From a virus (lineage: Duplodnaviria; Caudoviricetes), in the IMG/VR virus record IMGVR_UViG_3300049144_000042, positions 1 through 26,436 of that record: a DNA stretch of 26,436 bases. One strand, given 5' to 3'. Position 1 is the stretch's first letter, and each line of letters starts with the position of its first letter. Position numbers and translations under genes: made by a program. The notes beneath the pieces are model-generated. The model was not told the origin of the DNA. It made no database searches and saw only the letters and a list, made by a program, of their open reading frames with translations. Positions 7,014 through 15,513 of this stretch are shown piece by piece.

Positions 7014-7187
7014 GTGGTCGGGGTGCTGCACGTCGTCCCCTTGGGTGACGCGGTGGATCATACGGCCGACGACGACTGTGTCTGTGGTCCAGCGCTCAAG
7101 CCGATCGCTGGTGAGGACGGGTCGCTCGTCTGGCTGATGGTGCACCACAGCCTGGACGGTCGCGAGCAGACCGAGAACGATCACTGA
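7014..7187 (+). CDS. small His/Cys-rich actinophage protein (57 aa)
   Basis: HVVPLGD..DH….CVCGP…HHSLDGRE motif; RBS GGAGGGG before GTG at 7014. Confidence 0.7.
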   Translation: MVGVLHVVPLGDAVDHTADDDCVCGPALKPIAGEDGSLVWLMVHHSLDGREQTENDH

Positions 7188-7213
7188 ACCATGATCAAAC
7201 CAGAAACGGACAT

Positions 7214-7287
7214 AGGGGGCATACCCCCTTCCCCGTGATTCTTTCGGATCGGGGCCGTATAGCACCTGACTTCCTGTACGGGTTTCC
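7214..7287. other. predicted cos packaging site; candidate 3' overhang about CGGGGCCGTA (7250-7259)
   Basis: Intergenic, between the HNH cluster and terS; dyad AGGGGG-cata-CCCCCT (7214-7229), a CGG…TA 10-mer, then TCCTGTACGGGTTTCC (7272-7287), which I recall at the left end of L5/D29. Confidence 0.65.
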
Positions 7288-7327
7288 TTGGCCCCGGGCC
7301 GGCCCGAACACGTGCTGTAACCGTGCT

Positions 7328-7403
7328 TGCCCTGGTGGCAGTTCGGCCGGCGCGAAGCAACTGCCCCCGCGCGCCCTGGTGGCGTGCCTGACCCTGGAGG
7401 TCG
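7328..7403 (+). promoter_or_regulatory. three tandem CUGG(U/A)-loop hairpins in the terS leader, the last containing the RBS
   Basis: TGCC-CTGGT-GGCA (7328-7340), GCGCGCC-CTGGT-GGCGTGC (7369-7387), TGACC-CTGGA-GGTCG (7389-7403). Confidence 0.55.
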
Positions 7404-7405
7404 TC

Positions 7406-7840
7406 ATGGGCACTCGTGGACCCATCCCGGAGCGCTCCGAAGCGCGCCGTCGCCGGAACAAGGACGACGGCCCGAAGCTCATCCAAGCCGCGGCCGGAGG
7501 GCCCGTCGATCTGCCTGAGCTTCCGGAGCCGGATCCGCTGTGGCACCCGATCGCTGCGGACTGGTATCTGTCGCTACGCGAGTCGGGGCAGGCAGCGTTC
7601 TACGAGCCGTCGGACTGGGCGATGGCCCGGTACGCGGCGGAGCTGATGTCCCGGGGGCTGTCGTCGGACCGGCCGCCGAACGGTCAGTACGTGAGCGCGC
7701 TGGACAGCGTGATGGCGCGCCTGCTGACCACGGAGGGGGACCGGCGCCGGGCCCGGATCGAGTTGGAGCGCAAGAAGCCCGGCCCGCAGCTGGCCGCGGT
7801 GAAGCCGCTGGATGCTTACCGTGACCTCGCCGGCGGCTGA
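7406..7840 (+). CDS. terS: terminase small subunit (144 aa)
   Basis: MGTRGPIP…RRRRNK start, YEPSDW and LLTTEGDRRRARIELER motifs typical of L5 gp5-like TerS; RBS GGAGG before ATG at 7406. Confidence 0.9.
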   Translation: MGTRGPIPERSEARRRRNKDDGPKLIQAAAGGPVDLPELPEPDPLWHPIAADWYLSLRESGQAAFYEPSDWAMARYAAELMSRGLSSDRPPNGQYVSALDSVMARLLTTEGDRRRARIELERKKPGPQLAAVKPLDAYRDLAGG

Positions 7841-9560
7841 CGGGGAAGTTCCGGAGGTCGTCGAGCCGTTCACGATCGGGCCGACGTGGAAGCGGGGCCC
7901 GGACGGACGGTTCATCCTGCCCGAGTACACGTTGGGCTGGCACTGCCTGGCCTGGACCGCCACCTATCTGCAGCACTACGTCGGTAGGCCGTGGCAGTAC
8001 ACGCCGGAGCAGGCTCGGCTGACGCTGTGGTGGTACGCGATGGACCCGGTGACGAACCGGTTCTTGTGGCGGGACGGTGTGCTGCAGCGGCTGAAGGGCT
8101 GGGGCAAGGACCCGGTGAAGGCGACCTGGGCGGCGTTCGAGTTCGTCGGCCCGTGCCGGTTCGGCGGGATCGCCGAGGAGGGCAACGAGTGGGGTGTCCC
8201 GGCGGGGCAGCCGCTCGGTGTGCAGCATCCGGCGGCGTGGGTGCAGATCGCCGCGGTGTCGCAGGATCAGACCCGCAACACGATGACGCTCTTCCCGAGC
8301 ATTTTCACGAAGCGGGCGATCGAGGAGTTCCGCATCGACCTCGGCAAGGAGATCATTTACGCGGACAAGGGCCGGGCCCGCATCGAGGCGGTGACGTCGT
8401 CGCCCCGCGCTCTCGAAGGTGGGCGGCCATCGGCCACCTTCATGGGAGAGACGCATCACTGGGTGGAGTCGAACGGCGGCCACGAGATGGCGGCCGTGAT
8501 CGAACGGAACACGACCAAGTCGGCGGACGGGCAGGCGCGGACGCTGGCGGACACGAACGCCTACGAGCCGGGCGAGGACTCGGTGGCGGAGCGCACCCGG
8601 GAAGCGTTCGAGGCGGCGGAGGCCGGCCGGGCGGCGGACACGGGCCTGTTCTACGACTCGCTGGAGGCTCCGGCTGAGGCGAAGCTGACCGAGGCGTGGA
8701 TCGTGCCGACGTTGAAGGCGGTCCGCGGGGATTCGGTGTGGCTGGACATCGACCGGTTGAAGGCTTCGATCCTCGACGTCCGTAATCCGCCGTCCCGTTC
8801 GCGCCGGTTCTGGTTCAACCAGATCGTCGCGGCGGAGGACGCGTTCCTCGCTCCGTATGAGTGGGACGCCTGCCGGGTGGAAGACGCCGGTCTGCAGCAG
8901 GGCGACGAGATCGTCCTTTTCTTCGACGGTTCCAAGTCGGATGACGCGACGGGCCTGGTGGCCAGCCGCATGTCGGATGGCTTCGTGACGGCACTCGGGG
9001 TGTGGCAGCGGCCGGCGAACTGGCCGTCGGACGTTCCGTGGCGGGTGCCGCGCGAGGAGGTCGACGGCACGGTGGATCAGGTGTTCGCGGACTACCGGCC
9101 GATCGCGTTCTTCGCCGACCCGGGTGCCGGCCACGATGACGCGGACGGCGAGCGCTACTGGGACGGCTACATCGACGCGTGGGCCCAGCGCTACGGCAAG
9201 AAGCTCAAGCTGAAGGCCGTGACGGGCGGAACGAACCGGCACGCGGTGCTGTGGGACATGCGTGATCGGCGCCACCAGCAGGCGTTCACGGAGGCAGTGG
9301 ACCGCTTCTATCGGGACGTGCTGGAGCGGCAGCTAGCCCATGCCGGGCACCGGGTGCTGCGGCAGCACGTGGTGAACGCGAGGCGGCGCACGAACCAGTG
9401 GGGCTACACGATCGGCAAGGAGCACCGCGAGTCCGCCCGGAAGATCGACCTTGCGGTGTGTGCGATCGGGGCGCGGATGCTGCGCCGGATGGTCATGAAC
9501 TCGACGGCGTGGTCGAAACGCGGCCGGCCCGGCAAGGGGAGGGTGGTGGTCCTCCGGTGA
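7812..9560 (+). CDS. terL: terminase large subunit (about 582 aa; start uncertain)
   Basis: Walker A RLKGWGKD, Walker B-like FMGETHHW, nuclease domain FFDGSKSDDATGL and KIDLAVC. Confidence 0.95.
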   Translation: MLTVTSPAADGEVPEVVEPFTIGPTWKRGPDGRFILPEYTLGWHCLAWTATYLQHYVGRPWQYTPEQARLTLWWYAMDPVTNRFLWRDGVLQRLKGWGKDPVKATWAAFEFVGPCRFGGIAEEGNEWGVPAGQPLGVQHPAAWVQIAAVSQDQTRNTMTLFPSIFTKRAIEEFRIDLGKEIIYADKGRARIEAVTSSPRALEGGRPSATFMGETHHWVESNGGHEMAAVIERNTTKSADGQARTLADTNAYEPGEDSVAERTREAFEAAEAGRAADTGLFYDSLEAPAEAKLTEAWIVPTLKAVRGDSVWLDIDRLKASILDVRNPPSRSRRFWFNQIVAAEDAFLAPYEWDACRVEDAGLQQGDEIVLFFDGSKSDDATGLVASRMSDGFVTALGVWQRPANWPSDVPWRVPREEVDGTVDQVFADYRPIAFFADPGAGHDDADGERYWDGYIDAWAQRYGKKLKLKAVTGGTNRHAVLWDMRDRRHQQAFTEAVDRFYRDVLERQLAHAGHRVLRQHVVNARRRTNQWGYTIGKEHRESARKIDLAVCAIGARMLRRMVMNSTAWSKRGRPGKGRVVVLR

Positions 9561-10993
9561 GCATGACCATTCCCGAGCTGCCTCTGCTGACGTTGTCGGA
9601 CGACGAGCTGCAGCTGATGACGGCGCTGCGGTCGGATCTGCTGTCGCAGCGGTTCAAGCTGGAGCTGCTGGACGCCTACTTCAACGGCGAGCAGGTCATC
9701 CGTGACCTGGGGATCAGCATCCCGCCGCAGCTCAGGGGCCTGCACACGGTGATCGGCTGGCCGCGGATCGGTGTGGAGTCGCTCGAACGGCGACTGGACC
9801 TAGAGGCGGTGCGGTGGGCGGACGGCTCGGACGCCTCGGACCTGGAGGAGATCGCCGAGTCGAATGATCTGTACGACGAAGCGTCGCTGGCGCACCTGGA
9901 CGCGCTGACCTACGGCCGCGAGTATGTGGCGGTCGGCTCAGGCGAGGGCGATGACCCACCGCTGATCACGTTCGAGTCGCCGCTGGACATGACGATGTTC
10001 TGGGACGCTCGGCTGCGGCTAGCGACGGCGGCGCTGCGGGAGTCGGTAGAGGACGGAACGCGGATCGCGACGCTGTATCTGCCTGACCAGACGGTGTACG
10101 CGGCCGAGGTGGATGGCGGCTGGGAGGTCTTCGACCGGGACGTTCACCGGCTGGGGATCGTGCCGGTGCTGCGGATGGCGAACCGGCAGCGGACCGCTGA
10201 CCGGGTCGGCAGGAGCGAGATCACGCCCGAGGTCATGTCGATCACGGACGCGGCGTGCCGGCGTCTGATGGGTATCGAGGTGGCGGCGGAGTTCTTCGGC
10301 GCCCCGCAGCGCTACATCCTCGGTGCGTCCGAGTCGGCGTTCCAGGACGCGGAGGGCAACGCCAAGAGCGCCTGGGAGACGTACATCGGCCGGGTGCTGG
10401 CTCTGGAGCGGGACGAGGACGGCAACGTGCCGACCGTGGGTGCATTCACGGCCCACGATCCGTCCGGGCAGACGCGAATCATCGACCTGTACGCCCGGAT
10501 CATGGCGTCGCAGTTGTCGGTCGCGCCGCACGTGCTCGGCTACAACAGCGACAACCCGGCAAGCGCCGACGCCATCCGTTACGCCGACAACGCCCAGGTG
10601 AAGAAGGCGGAGCGCTGCATCCGCCGCTTCTCTGCGACGCACCGGGACGCTCTGAGACTCGCACTGTGGTTCCGCGACGGTGAGCCGCCGGACAAGACCC
10701 GGCGGATCGAGACGGTGTGGCGCAACCCAGCGACGCCGACGATCGCCGCACAGACGGACGCCGCGGTCAAGCTCGTGCAGGCGGGCATCCTGCCGGCGGA
10801 CGGCGACGTGGTCCTGGAGATGGCCGGCCTGACGGAGGACCAGCGGCGCCGGGTGGCGGCCGAGCGGCGCCGCAGCGCGGGAGCCGCGGCCGGAGGGCAG
10901 CTTATGGAGCGCCTGGCCGCGCTGAGCGAGTCGCGGGAGCTGCCGCCGGCGGCGGAGGTGACCGGTGGCGACGACGGTCTCGGACAGCAGTGA
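9557..10993 (+). CDS. portal protein (SPP1 gp6 / L5 gp14-like)
   Basis: GTGA overlap with the terL stop (alternative ATG at 9563); GWPRIGVESLERRL, GRSEITPE, AEFFGAPQRYILG, NPASADAI, WRNPATPT motifs. Confidence 0.92.
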   Translation: MSMTIPELPLLTLSDDELQLMTALRSDLLSQRFKLELLDAYFNGEQVIRDLGISIPPQLRGLHTVIGWPRIGVESLERRLDLEAVRWADGSDASDLEEIAESNDLYDEASLAHLDALTYGREYVAVGSGEGDDPPLITFESPLDMTMFWDARLRLATAALRESVEDGTRIATLYLPDQTVYAAEVDGGWEVFDRDVHRLGIVPVLRMANRQRTADRVGRSEITPEVMSITDAACRRLMGIEVAAEFFGAPQRYILGASESAFQDAEGNAKSAWETYIGRVLALERDEDGNVPTVGAFTAHDPSGQTRIIDLYARIMASQLSVAPHVLGYNSDNPASADAIRYADNAQVKKAERCIRRFSATHRDALRLALWFRDGEPPDKTRRIETVWRNPATPTIAAQTDAAVKLVQAGILPADGDVVLEMAGLTEDQRRRVAAERRRSAGAAAGGQLMERLAALSESRELPPAAEVTGGDDGLGQQ

Positions 10994-11738
10994 CGACGCG
11001 GTCCGGTACCGGGCCGCGCAGATCGGCCTGACTCGCCTGCTCGTGCGTGATGTGCGGGGGCTGCGACGGCTGATCCTGCCGTCGCGGCTGCGGGAGACCG
11101 TGCCGGACTGGCTGGCGGCGATGAACCTGGTGGTCGCTCAGTACGCGCGGGTGTCGGCGACTGTGGCCGCGGACTTCTATGACGGGCAGCGGGAGGCCGC
11201 TGGCGTGCCGGGGGCGTTCACGGTGCCGCTAGCGGATCCGCCCCCCGAGCAGCAGACGGAGGCGTCGCTGCGGTGGGCGGTCAAGGACTTGTGGCCGCGT
11301 GAGTCGGAGGGGGCGACGCCGGCCCAGCTGCAGCCGATGGATGTCCGCCTGAACCAGGCGGAGAAGAAGGCCGAGCTGGTGGCGCAGAAGCTGGTGGCCG
11401 ACACGGGCCGCGGCACCGTCCAGGAGGCGGTGCGGCAGGACCGGCAGGCCACCGCGTGGGCGCGTTCGGCGGCCCGTGGGGCGTGCGCGTTCTGCAAGCT
11501 GCTGGCCTCACGCGGCGCCGTGTTCAAGGAGGACACCGCCGACTTCCGGGCGCACGACGGCTGTCATTGCGGCGTGATCCCGGTGTTCCGCGGGCAACGG
11601 TTCGAGCCGTCCTCGCAGGCCCGCGAGTGGCAGCGCATCTACCGCGAGTACGCGCAGGGCCACTCCGGCGACCAGCTGCGCCTGTTCAGGCGGGCGCTGG
11701 CCGAGCACGACAGCAATCCGTTGCCGGGCTCGAACTGA
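10965..11738 (+). CDS. MuF/VG15-like minor head (capsid maturation) protein (257 aa)
   Basis: Lies between portal and scaffold; WAR…ACAFCKLLASRG…HDGCHCGVIPVF motif. Confidence 0.8.
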   Translation: MATTVSDSSDDAVRYRAAQIGLTRLLVRDVRGLRRLILPSRLRETVPDWLAAMNLVVAQYARVSATVAADFYDGQREAAGVPGAFTVPLADPPPEQQTEASLRWAVKDLWPRESEGATPAQLQPMDVRLNQAEKKAELVAQKLVADTGRGTVQEAVRQDRQATAWARSAARGACAFCKLLASRGAVFKEDTADFRAHDGCHCGVIPVFRGQRFEPSSQAREWQRIYREYAQGHSGDQLRLFRRALAEHDSNPLPGSN

Positions 11739-11748
11739 CCAACCCCTT

Positions 11749-11787
11749 GGCCGTCCTGGTGGCGGCCCTTCTCAGCCCCTGGAGGGC
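11749..11787 (+). promoter_or_regulatory. two tandem CUGG(U/A)-loop hairpins in the scaffold leader, the last containing the RBS
   Basis: GGCCGTC-CTGGT-GGCGGCC (11749-11767), GCCC-CTGGA-GGGC (11775-11787). Confidence 0.55.
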
Positions 11788-11796
11788 GACTTCACT

Positions 11797-12390
11797 ATGC
11801 CTGAGAACGAGGAGACGACCGAGCAGGTCGAGACGGAGACGCAGCAGCCGGAGGCCGCCCCGGAGGCGGAGCCGGCGAAGACGGATCCGTGGGCGGACCC
11901 GGATGCGGCGCGCAAGGAGATCGAGAAGCTGCGCCGGGAGGCGGCCAAGTACCGCACGAAGGCCGGCGAGCTCGAGCCTCTCGCCCGTAGGGCGAAGGAG
12001 CTGGAGGACGCGCAGAAGTCGGAGCAGGAGCGGCTCGCCGAGCAGCTCCGCGCGGCGGAGGAGAGGGCCAAGGCGGTGCAGCAGCGTGCTGTGCGCGCGG
12101 AGGTGCGGGCTCTGGCGGCGGGTGAGTTCGCCGACCCGGACGATGCGCACGCCTTCCTGAACCTCGACGCGTTCGTCGACGACGACGGTGACATCGACAC
12201 CGACGGCATCCGCAAGGAGCTGGCTGAGCTGCTGAAGCGTAAGCCGCACCTGGCCCGCCAGGTCGACAACTCGCCTCGCTCGCCCCGCCCGGATCGGACG
12301 CAGGGCTCCTCGGGCAACGGCAACCGTTCATCTTCCGATCCCGGCGCGATCTTCGCGGGGATCATGAACCAGGCCCTGAAGGGCCGCTGA
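11797..12390 (+). CDS. capsid scaffolding protein (197 aa)
   Basis: Acidic N-terminus, coiled coil (KLRREAAKYR…ELEDAQKSEQERL), PRPDRTQG near the C-terminus; directly upstream of the capsid gene. Confidence 0.88.
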   Translation: MPENEETTEQVETETQQPEAAPEAEPAKTDPWADPDAARKEIEKLRREAAKYRTKAGELEPLARRAKELEDAQKSEQERLAEQLRAAEERAKAVQQRAVRAEVRALAAGEFADPDDAHAFLNLDAFVDDDGDIDTDGIRKELAELLKRKPHLARQVDNSPRSPRPDRTQGSSGNGNRSSSDPGAIFAGIMNQALKGR

Positions 12391-12403
12391 GAGGAAGCCC
12401 TCC

Positions 12404-13357
12404 ATGGCAACCGAACCGATCAAGCTGAGCGACGTCGACGCGACGTTCCTCCCCCCGACCCTGACCGGCCCGATCTTCGAGAAGTCCGTCGAGCAGTCCG
12501 CGGTCATGTCGCTGGCGCGCCGGGTGCCGCTCTCCATGAGCGCAAACACGGCGGTGCCGGTGCCGCTGGACGTGCCGACCGCGGACTGGGTCGAGCAGGC
12601 CGGCCGTAAGCCGCTGAGCTCCGGCGGCGTCGGCATCAAGCAGATGTCCGGGAAGAAGATCGCTGTCCTGATCCCGGTGGCGATGGAGGTCGTGCAGTCC
12701 AATGCGGCGGGCCTGTGGACCCAGCTGCAGTCGGACCTGCCGACCGCGTTCGCCCGGGCCTTCGACATGGCGGCGATCCACGGCCGCACCATGAAGGGGG
12801 CGACCGGCCCGTTCCCGGACTACCTGGCCGACACGTCCAAGTCGGTCGCGCTGGGCACCGCCACGCAGGCCAACGGCGGCATCTGGGGCGACTTCGTCGC
12901 CGGTATGGGCGAGGTCGTCGACGACGACTGGGACTACACCGGCACGGTCGCCGACCACCGGCTGAAGACGCGCCTGCTGGGCGCGACGGACACGACGGGC
13001 CGACCGATCCTCGTCGACACCACGCAGCCGGGCACGGGTGCGGCGCTGGCGGGCACGCTGGTGGGCGAGCCGATCGCCTACTCGCGGAGCGTCTCCGGCA
13101 AGCTGCGCCGCCAGTCGGGCAGCGTCGACTCGGGCCTGCGGGCGATCGGCGGTGACTGGTCCCAGGCGGCGTTCGGCGTGGGTATGGACATCACGGTCCG
13201 TATCTCCCGCGAGGCGACGTACATCGACGAGGACAACACCGTCCACTCCGCGTTCCAGGAGAACCTGGTGCTGCTGCTGGCGGAGGCGTACTACGGGTTC
13301 GTCCTGGGCGACGCGGAGGCCTTCGTGAAGTTCACCGGCACGCCGAGCGGCTCCTGA
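12404..13357 (+). CDS. major capsid protein, HK97 fold (317 aa)
   Basis: LPPTLTGPIFEK, WVEQAGRKP, KKIAVLIPV, GDWSQ, SAFQENLVLLLAEAYYGF motifs; ends …FTGTPSGS. Confidence 0.93.
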   Translation: MATEPIKLSDVDATFLPPTLTGPIFEKSVEQSAVMSLARRVPLSMSANTAVPVPLDVPTADWVEQAGRKPLSSGGVGIKQMSGKKIAVLIPVAMEVVQSNAAGLWTQLQSDLPTAFARAFDMAAIHGRTMKGATGPFPDYLADTSKSVALGTATQANGGIWGDFVAGMGEVVDDDWDYTGTVADHRLKTRLLGATDTTGRPILVDTTQPGTGAALAGTLVGEPIAYSRSVSGKLRRQSGSVDSGLRAIGGDWSQAAFGVGMDITVRISREATYIDEDNTVHSAFQENLVLLLAEAYYGFVLGDAEAFVKFTGTPSGS

Positions 13358-14382
13358 TGGGGGCGGTCCCGGCTTCCGCGCCGGGCGGGACCGCGCTCAG
13401 GATCGTGGCCCGCGTGCATCTCATGCCGCCGCAGCACAATGCCGGGGCCGAGCACATGCTCGTCTCGATGCTGCGGCCCTTGGTGGAGCGCGGGCACGAC
13501 GTCACGGTGTGGCTGTCCCGGTACGGGAAGGCGAACAAGGTCTACGAGTACCGGGGCATCCGCGTGGTGCCGCTGGAGGCCCGCCTGGACTTTCCGACGG
13601 CGGTCCGGAAGGCGGACGTCCTCCTCTCTCACCTGGAGTGCGTGCCGTCCACCAGCGCGCTGGCCCGCGGCTACGGCAAGCCGCTGATCGTGATCTGCCA
13701 CAACACGCACCGGCCCACATTCCGCGACATGGCCGCGGGCGGGACGGCCCTGGCGGTCTACAACAGCCGGTGGATGGAGCGGGAGGCGGAGCTGTTCTTC
13801 GCCGAGTACCCGAAGGCCGTCCGGCCGGCTTCGTCGCTGGTGGTGCGGCCGCCCGTGTTCGCGGGCGAGTACGCGACGCGGCCCGGCAAGGCCATCACGC
13901 TGATCAATTGCAACGAGGCCAAGGGCGGGAAGGTGCTCGCTGCTTTGGCCCGCCGCATGCCCGACCAGCAGTTCCTCGCTGTTCGCGGCGCCTACGGCGA
14001 GCAGGTCCTCCCCGCGGACCTGCCGAACGTCGAGGTCGTCGATCATGTCGAGGGCTCGGACATGCGGGAGCGGGTGTATGGCCGCACGCGGGTGCTGCTG
14101 ATGCCGTCCTCGTATGAGTCGTGGGGGCGGGTCGGGGTGGAGGCGCTCGCTTCGGGCATCCCGGTGGTGGCGCACCCCACCCCGGGCCTGTGCGAGTCGC
14201 TCGGCGAGGCCGGCATCTTCGTCGATCGCAGCGATCTGGACGGCTACGAGGCGGTGCTGCGCAAGCTGTTGCAGCCCGCCGAGTACCGGCTGGCGTCGAA
14301 GCGGGCCCGGGCCCGGTCCGCGGAGCTGGATCCGACTGACGAGCTGGCCGCCTGGTGCGATGCCGTGGAGGCCCTGGCCTAG
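13357..14382 (+). CDS. GT-B fold family 4 glycosyltransferase (341 aa)
   Basis: N-terminal AGAEH loop, KGG motif, PSSYESWGRVGVEALASGIPVVA (E-x7-E); TGATG overlap with the capsid stop. Confidence 0.92.
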   Translation: MGAVPASAPGGTALRIVARVHLMPPQHNAGAEHMLVSMLRPLVERGHDVTVWLSRYGKANKVYEYRGIRVVPLEARLDFPTAVRKADVLLSHLECVPSTSALARGYGKPLIVICHNTHRPTFRDMAAGGTALAVYNSRWMEREAELFFAEYPKAVRPASSLVVRPPVFAGEYATRPGKAITLINCNEAKGGKVLAALARRMPDQQFLAVRGAYGEQVLPADLPNVEVVDHVEGSDMRERVYGRTRVLLMPSSYESWGRVGVEALASGIPVVAHPTPGLCESLGEAGIFVDRSDLDGYEAVLRKLLQPAEYRLASKRARARSAELDPTDELAAWCDAVEALA

Positions 14383-14391
14383 GAGGTCATC

Positions 14392-14808
14392 GTGGCGTTC
14401 GTGCCCCCTACTGCCGCCCAGCTCGGGTTGTTCCTTGCACTGTCGGAGATCGACGGGGACCGGGCGGATCTGCTGATCCAGCAGGCGATCGCGCTGGCGG
14501 AAACGGTGGTGAAGCCGCTTCCGGACCAGGCCACGGCGGTGGTCCTGTCGGTGGCGGGCCGCGCCTACGTGAATCCGCAGCAGGTGTCCTACGAGACGAT
14601 CGGCCCCATGTCGGTGCAGCGCCCCCAGGGATCTGGGGGGCTGTATCTGACGAAGTCCGACAAGAGCGCGCTCAAGAGCCTCGCGGGCCGGGGCGGCGCG
14701 TTCACTGTGGACCCGACGCCGGCCGCGGCCGATCCGTCCCCGACGTATCCGGTCGACGACGACTACGGGCCGCCGCTCGAATGGGAGCCGGGTTGGGGGT
14801 GGGTGTAG
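14392..14808 (+). CDS. head-to-tail adaptor/connector (138 aa)
   Basis: Position; VVLSVAGRAYVNPQ…ETIGP…GGLYLT pattern; RBS AGGAGG. Confidence 0.8.
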   Translation: MAFVPPTAAQLGLFLALSEIDGDRADLLIQQAIALAETVVKPLPDQATAVVLSVAGRAYVNPQQVSYETIGPMSVQRPQGSGGLYLTKSDKSALKSLAGRGGAFTVDPTPAAADPSPTYPVDDDYGPPLEWEPGWGWV

Positions 14809-15177
14809 ATGCCCGCTCCGGCGCCGTATCCCTTCGGGGAGACGGTTATGCGCCTGCGGCGCGGCCCGTCCCCTGGGCGGGATAGCCGCGGGCAGCCGAT
14901 CCCCGGCCCACTCGAAGAGACTCCGGTCGCTGGAGTGGTGGTGGCGCCGCGGCAGGAGTCGCCGCAGGTTGGCGGCCCGGATCAGCAGGCGCGGGACACC
15001 GTGGTCGTCGGCTGGACCGTGTACGACCCTACTGGCACGGACTGGCGGACCACCGATCAGGTGAAGATCCGTGGCGTGGTCTGCGAGATCACCGGCGAGC
15101 CGGGTGACTGGGGCCGCAGCCCCTTCACCGGTACCCGCGGTGTCGTCCAGTTCGCCGCGGACCGGGTGTCCGGCTGA
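14809..15177 (+). CDS. head-to-tail stopper/closure protein (122 aa)
   Basis: Position; DQVKIRGVVCEITGEPGDW..SPFTG pattern. Confidence 0.78.
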   Translation: MPAPAPYPFGETVMRLRRGPSPGRDSRGQPIPGPLEETPVAGVVVAPRQESPQVGGPDQQARDTVVVGWTVYDPTGTDWRTTDQVKIRGVVCEITGEPGDWGRSPFTGTRGVVQFAADRVSG

Positions 15178-15186
15178 GGAGGTGCT

Positions 15187-15513
15187 GTGGCTGCCCGTTT
15201 CAAGATGAACCGCAGGGGCGTGGGTCAGCTGCTCCGGTCGGAGATGATCCGGGCGGAGATGGTGCGGCGCGCTGAGGTCATCAAGTCGACCGCCGTGTCG
15301 CTGTCCCCGGTGGGTGGCAGCGGTGATCCGAATCCCGGCCGGTACAAGGCCAGCTGGGAGGTTTCCAGCACTACGCGGGGTGGCCGGCGCCGGAACCGCG
15401 CGGTGGCCTACGTGCGGAACACGGCCTACTACGCCCGCTGGGTGGAGTACGGCACGGAGCGGGTCCCGGCCCATCACGTGTTGCTGCGTGCCGCGCAGAG
15501 AGGCGGTGGCTGA
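15187..15513 (+). CDS. HK97 gp10-like tail completion/neck protein (108 aa)
   Basis: SPVG…GRYKASW…YARWVEYGT…HHVLLRAA motif; RBS GAGGAGG. Confidence 0.82.
   Translation: MAARFKMNRRGVGQLLRSEMIRAEMVRRAEVIKSTAVSLSPVGGSGDPNPGRYKASWEVSSTTRGGRRRNRAVAYVRNTAYYARWVEYGTERVPAHHVLLRAAQRGGG

Noticed and set aside
9398-9556. ORF-track N-terminal extension of portal (likewise 7235 for terS, 4262 for the lipoprotein, 24916 for the tail protein)
   Set aside because: These extensions overlap upstream genes or regulatory DNA; RBS position and stop/start coupling support the downstream starts.
10965-11738. MuF-fused polymorphic toxin
   Set aside because: The protein ends shortly after the Cys/His motif, with no toxin extension or immunity gene.
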